Shown here: positions 12,741-20,934 of the stretch, piece by piece
Layout: the number at the start of each line of letters is the position of its first letter
How positions within the stretch are numbered: position 1 is the stretch's first letter
Source of the DNA: an uncultured Acidobacteriota bacterium
GTDB taxonomy: Bacteria > Acidobacteriota > JAQAZP01
Direction: 5' to 3'
NCBI GenBank assembly: GCA_963836075.1
Contig: CAWIIB010000001.1
Location: 2,176,001-2,240,000, forward strand
DNA length: 64,000 bases
Program-made: the position numbers and the translations under genes
The notes under the pieces: generated by a model
The model's input: the letters and a program-made list of their open reading frames with translations, nothing else
What the model was told of the DNA's origin: nothing
Database searches by the model: none

Positions 12741-13304
12741 GTGATGTCTTTTGGGGAATACATCCTGCAGGGCTTCGATATCCTGCAGATCAAGCCGAAG
12801 GCAATCCGGGAGGCCGCCGCTGACCTGCCGGCGCTGAACACCGGTCTGGCCTTCATCGTCATCGCCGGCGCGGCCGTGGCACTGGGCAGCTGGATGCTGC
12901 CCGGCCTGATCCTCTTCCCCCTGATCTTCCTGGTGCGGGCGCTGATTCACTCCGCCATCGTCCACTTCCTGGCCACCAGGGGGTTTGGCGGCCAGGGAAC
13001 ATACGGCGGGTTCTTCCGGCCCATGTCCCTGGCCTACCTGCTGGACTGGCTGATGGTGGTGGGGCTGCTGATCAACGTCATCCCCCTGCTGGGCCCCGCG
13101 ATGATGATCCTGCTGGGCCTGACGGTCACCCTCTGGAAACTGGTGGTGGACACGGTGATCATCGAGACGGTCTACGGCCTGAACCGCAGCAGGGCCATCG
13201 CCGTGATGGGCATCGCCGTGGCTCTCTTCATCGCCTTTTTCTTCCTGGCCAGCCTGTTCTCCGGCGCGGCGGTACTGAGCAGCTGGCTGGTCACCAGACC
13301 CTGA
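12741..13304 (+). CDS. YIP1-like polytopic membrane protein
   Basis: About five hydrophobic helices; FGGQGTY and YGLNRSRA patterns. Confidence 0.6.
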   Translation: MMSFGEYILQGFDILQIKPKAIREAAADLPALNTGLAFIVIAGAAVALGSWMLPGLILFPLIFLVRALIHSAIVHFLATRGFGGQGTYGGFFRPMSLAYLLDWLMVVGLLINVIPLLGPAMMILLGLTVTLWKLVVDTVIIETVYGLNRSRAIAVMGIAVALFIAFFFLASLFSGAAVLSSWLVTRP

Positions 13305-13346
13305 CCGGACAGTGCGGCCCTTCACTTCCTTCTGGGATGGTAGCTG

Positions 13347-14771
13347 ATGACCAGTTCTGAACCAGCGGCCAACACCCTGCACATCCATATCCTCGCCGTC
13401 TGCGGAACAGGAACCGCCTCGCTGGCCGGCTGTCTCGCCGCACAGGGGCACCGGGTCAGCGGCAGCGACCTGTACTTCCATCCGCCCATGGGTCCGCTGC
13501 TCCGGCAGGCCGGAGTGGAGACCCGCCAGGGGTTCGACCCGCAGCACCTCGACCCGCTGCCCGATCTGGTGGTCATCGGCAACGCCATCCACCGCGACAA
13601 CCCCGAGGCACTGGCCGCCATGGAACTGGGAATTCCCTTCCTCTCCTTTCCCCAGGCGGTGCGCCGGTTCCTGCTCAGCGGCCGGCACCCGGTGGTGGTG
13701 GCGGGCACCCACGGCAAGACCAGCACCACGGCCACCGCGGCCTGGCTTCTGGAGGCCGCCGGCCTGGAGCCCGGGTTTCTGGTGGGCGGGGTGCTGAACA
13801 ATTTCCAGCGCAGTTACGGCCTGGGGGCGGGCGCTCCCTTTGCCGTGGAAGGTGACGAATACGAAACCGCCTTCTTTGACAAGGTGCCCAAATTTCTGCA
13901 CTACGCACCCCGCACCCTGGTGCTCACCGGGGTGGAATACGACCATGCCGACAATTTCAGCGGCATCGAGCAGCTGCAGAGCGCGTTTCTCAACCTGACG
14001 GCGCTGCTTCCTCTGGACGGCCACCTGGTCTTCAACGCGGCGGACCCGTTTCTGTGCCGTCTGGCCCGCCGGTTCCCGGGCCGCCGTACCGGGTATGGCC
14101 TCGATCCCTCCGCGGACGTGGGCGCCACCGACGTGACCGCGGCACCCGAGGGGATGCGGTTCACCTTCCGCACCCCCGGCGCCGGACCGCTTCCCGCCCT
14201 GCTCTCGCGCTGGGGCCGCTACAACCTGGACAACGCCCTGGCCGCCGCGGCGGTGGCCCTGGAGTTCGGAGCGGATCCGGAGACGGTGGCAAGCGCCATG
14301 GCCGGCTTTCAGGGGGTGCGGCGGCGGCAGGAGATCGTCGGCCAGGCTGGCGGGGTCACGGTGATCGACGACTTCGCCCACCACCCCACCGCCGTCCGTC
14401 TGACTCTCCAAGCCGTGGCCGACGCTCACCCGGGCCGGCGGGTCTGGGCTGTTTTCGAGCCGCGTTCCTTCACCACCCAGACCAGGCTGTTCCAGGACCA
14501 GTTCGCCACCTCCTTCGGCAACGCCCACCAGGTGGTGATGGCCCCGCTGCCCAAAACCACCAAAGTTCCGCCGGAGGACCGTCTCGACCGCCAGTTGTTG
14601 AGCCGGCAGCTTGCCGGGGCCGGTATCACCGCCCACATCCCGGAGGAGGCGGAGGAGATTCCCGCTCTTGTGGCCGGCGGCGCGCACAACGGCGATGTGG
14701 TGCTGGTGATGTCATCAGGCGACTTCGGCGGCATGCCGAAGCTGATCCTCGATCGTCTCGCCGGGGACTGA
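13347..14771 (+). CDS. mpl: Murein peptide ligase (MurC/Mpl family)
   Basis: HIHILAVCGTG, AGTHGKTST, EGDEYETAFFDK.PKFLHY, DDFAHHPTA, FEPRS and MSSGDFGG are Mpl signatures. Confidence 0.88.
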   Translation: MTSSEPAANTLHIHILAVCGTGTASLAGCLAAQGHRVSGSDLYFHPPMGPLLRQAGVETRQGFDPQHLDPLPDLVVIGNAIHRDNPEALAAMELGIPFLSFPQAVRRFLLSGRHPVVVAGTHGKTSTTATAAWLLEAAGLEPGFLVGGVLNNFQRSYGLGAGAPFAVEGDEYETAFFDKVPKFLHYAPRTLVLTGVEYDHADNFSGIEQLQSAFLNLTALLPLDGHLVFNAADPFLCRLARRFPGRRTGYGLDPSADVGATDVTAAPEGMRFTFRTPGAGPLPALLSRWGRYNLDNALAAAAVALEFGADPETVASAMAGFQGVRRRQEIVGQAGGVTVIDDFAHHPTAVRLTLQAVADAHPGRRVWAVFEPRSFTTQTRLFQDQFATSFGNAHQVVMAPLPKTTKVPPEDRLDRQLLSRQLAGAGITAHIPEEAEEIPALVAGGAHNGDVVLVMSSGDFGGMPKLILDRLAGD

Positions 14772-14794
14772 GCAACAGCGCTTCAAGGAAGTGA

Positions 14795-17700
14795 CTACTG
14801 CGGGTGCTGAATCTGGTGCTGGTTTTGCACCTCGAACTGCGCGGCGGCCAGCTCGACCCCGCCCGCCGCGTCTCTGAGAACCAGTTGGAAGATGACCCCG
14901 CTGCGGAACTGGGGGATGTCGGGGATGTCGCAGGCCAGGTCGAAGTGCGTTGTCTGGCCCGGCCGCAGTACCAGCGTGCCGCTGGCGACGTCGTGGGCGG
15001 CGCTCCCGTGCGGTGGCGCCCCGGCCGCGGTCAGTTCGGCCTGCACCGTGGCATCCCCGGCTCTGAGGTTGGTCAGGGCCACGTCCAGGGCCACGGTGCA
15101 GGGGAAGGCGGCCGCGGCGGGCTGGGCCTGGATCGAAGCGCTGAGCCCCGGCAGGATTTCCAGCAGCAGTTCGCCGGAGTCCCAGCGGCCGGCGGCATCG
15201 GTGGCCGACAGGTCCAGCGGCCACGACCCGAGGGACGCGGGCGTTCCCTGGAGCAGACCGGTCTGGGAGAGCGACAGGCCGGGGGGCAGAAACCCGCCGG
15301 AGAGGAACCAGCGATACGGGGGCTCTCCCCCGGTGACCGCCAGCTGAAGCGACAACTCCTCACCGATCCAGTTCTCCTGCAGCAGTTCCAGTTGGGCATC
15401 CAGGGGGGCCGGGGCACTGTTCACCTGGCCCGGTGAACCCTGCTGGGCGCTGAAATCACAACCCCGGTCGGTATCCGAGCTGCCCTGGTCTCGTCCCAGG
15501 CCGTAAGACTCCGAGTCGACCACCGGGTTCGGCCCGTACCATCCGGTTCCCGCGGGAGGCCGGTTGAGGCTGCTGCCGGTAGCCCCGTCCCAGCGGACAA
15601 AGTCCCGTCCGGCGAGCGCGGCGTCCGCCAGGGCGATGGAGCCGTAGCTCCCTGCACCCCAGCCAAAGAACTGGTCCAGGTGGAGCTCGGCGGGACTGTT
15701 CTCCCCCGGTGTCCCCAGGTCGTAGATCGTGAGAAAGGCCCCGGGACCGATGAAGGCCGGCGGGAGCACCACGGTCACCATACTGCTACCCGCACCCAGC
15801 CGGAGTTCCCAACCGGTGAGATCCACGGTCACGATGCCGCTGTTTCGCAGTTCGACCCAGTTCTCCAGAACGTTCAGTTCGTTGATCACCACCGCGCTGC
15901 GGGCCGGGTCCACCTGGAGCGCCGCGGGCAATACCGTCTCGGCCCCGTCGGGGCCGCGGAGCAGCAGATCGTGGCTGCCGGGGGCCGCCTGGGGGGATGT
16001 GCGGACCAGCAGCACCGCGGTGGAGCGGTCCACCACATCCACCCGCCGGCAGGTGATCTCCGGCGAGGAGAACCGGGCGGCGAGCCCGGGCACGAACCCG
16101 TCGCCGCTGAGGGTCAGCGGGCGGGTGACGTCGAGGCCCAGCAGTGCGGGCGACAGCGCAGCCGCGGAGGGCACGGTTACCGGGATCACCGTGGCCTGCA
16201 GATCATATGATCCGTAGTCGCCCTGCCGGCAGTCGTTGACCAGGTTCAACAGATAGCGTCCGTCAGCCGGAGCGATCCAGGCCCGGCGGGGGCCGCAGCC
16301 GAAACTCCCGTCACAGCCCTCGCTGAACAGCGCGGTGATACCGTCCGGGGCCAAAAGCGTCATGCTGGCCGCCGCGCCCGAGCAGCGGTTGAACACTTCC
16401 AGGTCGTATCGTTGCCCGGCCTGGGCCTGCACATAGAGCCAGTCCTGGTCGCCGGCAGGATAGAACGAGTGGTGGTGCAGACCGCTGCCCGGTTTCCAGT
16501 TGGGCCCGGCGGCGGTGGGGGCCACCGAATCAAAATCGCCGCCCTGGTCCGCATCGCTGCCCGCGGAGTCGCGGCCGAGGTTCATACCCTGGAAGGGAAT
16601 GTCCGGATCGCTGCCGGACCAGGCGGTTCCCGCGGGCGGCGGTTCCGACGCCCCGCCCCAGCGGCAAAAGTCGATGCCGGCGCCGGCGCTGTCCAGCAGG
16701 GCGCAGTATCCGGCGCCGCTGGTGGTCCAGGGGATGTTGGTCCCGGGAAGGAAAATGCGGTCTGTGCCGTCCGAACCGCTGCCCTCGAACAGTGCCAGAA
16801 AGTGGTGCGGATAGAGAGTACAGGAGGGCAGGATGATCTCGGTCACCGGCCCGCCGCTGCGGCCAGCCCGCACCGTCCACCCCTCGAGATCCACCGCCGT
16901 GCCGCCTCCGTTATACAGTTCGAGCCAGTCCACAGCGCCGAGGCCCATCTCGTTGACCACCACCCGCGCCTCGAGCTGGGGATCGGCCGGCCCCAGTTCC
17001 GTGGCGCCAGTGACCTTGTTGTCCAGCGGCTCCCCGGTGTCGGCCATGTATTCCATACCCAGGACGCTGAAGATCTCCTGGGCTCCGGACAACTGCTCCT
17101 GCCCCGTGGCAACCCAGCCGTTCCAGAACGATTCCATGGTGGCCTCACCCGCGGCGGGAAGATATTCGGACATCACGGTCCAGACACGGAGGTCGTGGCC
17201 GGAAAGGGAATCGTCATCCAGCTGGAAGTACCCGCCCTGCCGGCGGGAGCGGTCCAGCAGGTCCCAGAAACAGGCGCCCACCGCCAGCTCGTTGAAAGAG
17301 CCGAACACCGGCAGTGACGGCCCCTCCAGCTCAAAGGAAAAATCGAGATTGCCGGCCCCGGCCCCCCCGGTGGTCCGGACAAAGATCGATGCCCCGGGCT
17401 CCTGGTGGTGGAGCCGGACAGCCGAGGCGAAGAAGGTGGCCCAGCCCTCCGAGAAGGCGAGGCGGCGGTCCTGGTTCATGTCGGTGATGAAATGTGCGCC
17501 CCCCGGGTTCTGGCAGAGGGCGAAGGCGCTCTGGACATAGTGGCCGGTCTCGTGGAGGATCACCGAGTCATCGTAGCCCGCGCTGTCGGCCATGATCACC
17601 TGCCGGTAGACGTCGTCGTACCAGCTGGAGGCTTCACCGGCGCCGTCGCGCCAGAAGAGGGTCAGATTCCAGGCCGGGCCGGGATAGCTGCCGGAGAGGT

Positions 17701-18202
17701 GGAAGAGATAGTCCAGCGACTTGATGGCGGCGTCGAAGATGTTGAAGGCCTCCCCCGCCCCGCCGGCGGCGGCGGTGAGGGTGCCGCACTGCATGTCGGA
17801 CCACGGGTCGTGACCGGTCACCGGCGGCCCGGCCACCGCGTAGACCGATTGTTCCTGGATGTCGTTCTTCACCCGCAGGTGGAGCTGGGGGTGGGCCGCG
17901 GTGTCGGTGAGGCACCTGACATAGATGGTCCGCGGCACGGTGAGTGCCACGTCGACCTGGAACGCACCGCTGTCATCGGTCAGGCCGCTGCCGAGTGTCG
18001 TCTGGGTCAGCAGGTCCACCACCTCCACGTCCGCGCGGCGGATGGGCAGGAAGGCCTGCTCTCCGGTGAAACCGTCGAGGTCAAAGGGACGGTCCTCGTA
18101 AAGGAACGTGCCGCGGGCCGTGAAGTCCGCAGCCGCCGGCAGAGCGAGGGCGGCCAGCAGGCCGGCCAGCAGCAGCAGGAAGGGGAGGCGCCGCCCGCTC
18201 AT
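14795..18202 (-). CDS. Secreted multidomain zinc metalloprotease with two lamin-tail domains, Ig-like domains and a divergent copy of the shared C-terminal domain
   Basis: Signal peptide; ILHETGHY plus FSEGWATFF (gluzincin-like third ligand); two LTD motifs (NE...W[LV]EL[YR]N.G...VDL.GW); He_PIG-like GGEPPYRW...LPPGLSLS..GLLQGTP. Confidence 0.75.
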   Translation of the reverse strand: MSGRRLPFLLLLAGLLAALALPAAADFTARGTFLYEDRPFDLDGFTGEQAFLPIRRADVEVVDLLTQTTLGSGLTDDSGAFQVDVALTVPRTIYVRCLTDTAAHPQLHLRVKNDIQEQSVYAVAGPPVTGHDPWSDMQCGTLTAAAGGAGEAFNIFDAAIKSLDYLFHLSGSYPGPAWNLTLFWRDGAGEASSWYDDVYRQVIMADSAGYDDSVILHETGHYVQSAFALCQNPGGAHFITDMNQDRRLAFSEGWATFFASAVRLHHQEPGASIFVRTTGGAGAGNLDFSFELEGPSLPVFGSFNELAVGACFWDLLDRSRRQGGYFQLDDDSLSGHDLRVWTVMSEYLPAAGEATMESFWNGWVATGQEQLSGAQEIFSVLGMEYMADTGEPLDNKVTGATELGPADPQLEARVVVNEMGLGAVDWLELYNGGGTAVDLEGWTVRAGRSGGPVTEIILPSCTLYPHHFLALFEGSGSDGTDRIFLPGTNIPWTTSGAGYCALLDSAGAGIDFCRWGGASEPPPAGTAWSGSDPDIPFQGMNLGRDSAGSDADQGGDFDSVAPTAAGPNWKPGSGLHHHSFYPAGDQDWLYVQAQAGQRYDLEVFNRCSGAAASMTLLAPDGITALFSEGCDGSFGCGPRRAWIAPADGRYLLNLVNDCRQGDYGSYDLQATVIPVTVPSAAALSPALLGLDVTRPLTLSGDGFVPGLAARFSSPEITCRRVDVVDRSTAVLLVRTSPQAAPGSHDLLLRGPDGAETVLPAALQVDPARSAVVINELNVLENWVELRNSGIVTVDLTGWELRLGAGSSMVTVVLPPAFIGPGAFLTIYDLGTPGENSPAELHLDQFFGWGAGSYGSIALADAALAGRDFVRWDGATGSSLNRPPAGTGWYGPNPVVDSESYGLGRDQGSSDTDRGCDFSAQQGSPGQVNSAPAPLDAQLELLQENWIGEELSLQLAVTGGEPPYRWFLSGGFLPPGLSLSQTGLLQGTPASLGSWPLDLSATDAAGRWDSGELLLEILPGLSASIQAQPAAAAFPCTVALDVALTNLRAGDATVQAELTAAGAPPHGSAAHDVASGTLVLRPGQTTHFDLACDIPDIPQFRSGVIFQLVLRDAAGGVELAAAQFEVQNQHQIQHPQ

Positions 18203-18759
18203 GGCGCCACCTCCTGCCCGCCGGCGGGGAACTCCCGCACCTGCCGTGCCCCGTCCGGGGAACTGAGCAGCCGGCCCGGGTCACACCGGGGCAACCACCG
18301 GCCATCCTCGCCCAGGTCCAGAGTTGCACCCCGCCGGAAGACCAGCCCGCGGGGCGTCACCGCGGTCACCCGGGCCTGGAGTTTTGCCGCCCCCCGGGTG
18401 GAGACACACAGCGTCAGGCTGGCCTCCTGCCCCTGGACCAGCGCTCCCTGAAATGTGCCCGGCCCGGAGAGGAGCGATGCATTTTCAGGCAGCAGCAGGT
18501 CCAGGCGCACCGCTGGCAGATCGGTCCTGGCGGTGAGCACGAGGGTCAGATTCATTCCCGCACGAGAGGGATCGCCATCAGTGACCTGCCAGGCCACATC
18601 CAGGGGGAGCCCCGGTTCGCACCGGGATGCGCCGGCAACGGCAACGTTTCCCCATGGCCGAAGGGCCGGCGTCAGGCATAGAACCAGAGGCAGGACCAGC
18701 AGGGCCAGAACCACCGCCAGCCGGCTCCGGTGAGACTTTGGAAAAACAGCCAGGCTCAT
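18199..18759 (-). CDS. Small secreted or membrane-anchored hypothetical protein, translationally coupled to the metalloprotease
   Basis: N-terminal hydrophobic segment; its stop overlaps the next start (ATGA at 18199-18202); beta-rich body. Confidence 0.6.
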   Translation of the reverse strand: MSLAVFPKSHRSRLAVVLALLVLPLVLCLTPALRPWGNVAVAGASRCEPGLPLDVAWQVTDGDPSRAGMNLTLVLTARTDLPAVRLDLLLPENASLLSGPGTFQGALVQGQEASLTLCVSTRGAAKLQARVTAVTPRGLVFRRGATLDLGEDGRWLPRCDPGRLLSSPDGARQVREFPAGGQEVAP

Positions 18760-18947
18760 GAACCCGCGTACAGAAATCCCTTGCTCAGGGGGGGTGACTC
18801 AAAAGCAACTGCATGCCATATTGTGACGAGAGACAGATTTGGAAATACGCCGCCTGAACCGGCCGCAACCCTGCGCCGTCGTCAGGCCATGCTTCTCCAT
18901 GCACTGGAAACAGAGCAAACCATGTACCAGAACTGGAGTCAATACAT

Positions 18948-18990
18948 AAAAAAAAGACCCGGGCCGCGCCAGAAGCGTTGCCCGGATCTC
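18948..18990 (-). terminator. Rho-independent terminator downstream of atpE
   Basis: Minus strand GATCCGGGC...GCCCGGGTC stem followed by a run of 8 T. Confidence 0.7.
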
Positions 18991-19132
18991 TTTGAATGCA
19001 CAGAGGTTGTCGGACCGTCAACTTCACGGGAAAATCATGAAACTATTTCCCGACAAGCGAACCGACATTCCACCCAAAAAAGTGATACTTTTCTTCCCAT
19101 TCTGGGTGGTTCACCAACCCTGCGAGGATCGG

Positions 19133-19447
19133 TTACACCTTGGCGAAGATCACCACCAGCACGTAGAGGGCCAGCGACTCGATCAGCGCCAGACCGATGA
19201 TCATGGTAATCCTGATGGCACCGGCAGCGCCGGGATTGCGGGCGATACCTTCACAGGCCGCGGCGATCGCCTTACCCTGGGCCAGGCCGCAGAAAGAGGC
19301 CGCGATGGCCATGGAGAAACCGGCGGTGAGCCAGCTCCAGAAGGTGATATCGACGACTCCACCCTCTGCCCCGTGCTCCTGGGCCATAACCGGAGCGGCG
19401 GAAGCGATCAGAACCAGCACCAGGATAATCCACACTTTCTTCAGCAT
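19133..19447 (-). CDS. atpE: ATP synthase F0 subunit c with an N-terminal signal-peptide-like extension
   Basis: GLAQG...IARNP...GLALIESLALY; ATG 19447 lies 6 nt after AAGGAGG. Confidence 0.95.
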   Translation of the reverse strand: MLKKVWIILVLVLIASAAPVMAQEHGAEGGVVDITFWSWLTAGFSMAIAASFCGLAQGKAIAAACEGIARNPGAAGAIRITMIIGLALIESLALYVLVVIFAKV

Positions 19448-19521
19448 CCCCATCCTCCTTGTTACAATTTTCACAAAGCCGAAACCCTATCTCAAAATTT
19501 GGAGTGCGTTGCGATCGTGGA

Positions 19522-20235
19522 TCAGTGATCCTCGACTTCGATGGCACCGCCCACGTAAACAGCCGACAGCAGCATGAAAATGAAAGCCTGCAGCACGATG
19601 GCGAAGAGACCGATCACCATGACCGGGATGGGAACCAGGGCCGGAACCAGGCCCATGAAGACACCGGTCACCTGGTGCTCGCCAAACATGTTGCCGAAAA
19701 GACGAACCGAGAGGCTCAGCGGGCGGGCGCAGTGACTGATCAGTTCGATGGGGAACATCAGCAGGGCCAGCCACCAGATCGGGCCGCAGAAGTGCTTGAG
19801 GTAGTTGCCCACGCCCTGGGTCTTCACACCATGATAGTTGTAGTAGGCGAACGAGGTCAGTGCCAGGGGCACGGTGACCCAGAGGCTCGAGGTGGCCAGG
19901 CCCAGGCCGGGGATCATCCCCGAGAAGTTCATCACGAAGATGAAGATGCCGAAGGTGCCCAGCATAACCAGGTGCTGGTCCGCCTTGGGGCCGATGATGT
20001 CGCCCAGCAGGGAGCGGATCCCCTCCACGGTGAGTTCGAGGATCTGCTGGAATCCGCCCGGCTTGTAAACCTTGAACCGCCGGCGCAGCAGCGGCAGGGC
20101 GATGGCGGCCAGCAGCACGAGGAAGAGGACCATCACCACGTGATCGGGCAGGAAACGGTTGAGCACCGCGTCCGAAACACCCAACTTACTGAGCAGCATG
20201 TGAAGGAAATAGGTGACGAGGGATGGCTCGTGCAT
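19522..20235 (-). CDS. atpB: ATP synthase F0 subunit a
   Basis: PIELISHCARPLSLSVRLFGNM and LQAFIFMLLS motifs. Confidence 0.97.
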   Translation of the reverse strand: MHEPSLVTYFLHMLLSKLGVSDAVLNRFLPDHVVMVLFLVLLAAIALPLLRRRFKVYKPGGFQQILELTVEGIRSLLGDIIGPKADQHLVMLGTFGIFIFVMNFSGMIPGLGLATSSLWVTVPLALTSFAYYNYHGVKTQGVGNYLKHFCGPIWWLALLMFPIELISHCARPLSLSVRLFGNMFGEHQVTGVFMGLVPALVPIPVMVIGLFAIVLQAFIFMLLSAVYVGGAIEVEDH

Positions 20236-20242
20236 TCTCTAA

Positions 20243-20683
20243 TTACCTCTGAGCCCCGGGATCGTCAGGACCTGCTGCCCCGAAAGAGGTTAGCGCCGAC
20301 CTGAACGCCTCCCACATGATGGACACCACGAAGATGAAAAGACCTGCAAGGAGAGCCTTCAGGTCCGCGATACGGTTGGCGACTATAGCATAGATGATCA
20401 GGCCGAGCAAGATATAGCGCAGGCCGAACTTGGCCACCGCCAATGCCCTCTTTCCACGTGACATGGGGCCGCCCATTGCGGCGTCCAGACCGGCTTCGAT
20501 CCAGCGGAAATTCACCACGGCGCAGGCCCCGCCCACCAGCACGCCGAAGGTCGTGGCGAAGGAACGAAACCAGAGGCTGGCCACTGCCGCAAGAACCAGA
20601 AAAACAAGGGCATTGCGCTTGATGCGCTGCAGCATCAGCAGTCCGGCCGGATCCCCCTGGGCCGTTTCAGCCTGGTTCGACAT
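20243..20683 (-). CDS. atpI: ATP synthase protein I
   Basis: Four-helix membrane protein directly upstream of atpB. Confidence 0.8.
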   Translation of the reverse strand: MSNQAETAQGDPAGLLMLQRIKRNALVFLVLAAVASLWFRSFATTFGVLVGGACAVVNFRWIEAGLDAAMGGPMSRGKRALAVAKFGLRYILLGLIIYAIVANRIADLKALLAGLFIFVVSIMWEAFRSALTSFGAAGPDDPGAQR

Positions 20684-20705
20684 CTCTTCGCCTCGGTTGA
20701 TCGGC

Positions 20706-20933
20706 TCAGTCCTCCAGCCGGGAGGCCACGCGAAAGAGGTTGATGAACGCGGCCGCCGCTCCGGCGATGCAGAGGATCACCGCCAGCCATGGTCCCGTAC
20801 CGAGCCAGCGGTCCAGGAGGTAGCCCAGCCCGTAGCCCACGGCGATGGCCGCGGGAAAGACCAACCCCACGTTGAGCAGATCGCCGGCCAGGCGGTAAAT
20901 GCGCCGCCGTTTGTCCTGCCTGCCGTCATCCAT
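20706..20933 (-). CDS. AtpZ/AtpI-family (ATPase gene 1) small membrane protein
   Basis: GYGLGYLLDRWLGTGPW motif; start re-assigned to ATG 20933. Confidence 0.85.
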   Translation of the reverse strand: MDDGRQDKRRRIYRLAGDLLNVGLVFPAAIAVGYGLGYLLDRWLGTGPWLAVILCIAGAAAAFINLFRVASRLED

Positions 20934-20934
20934 T

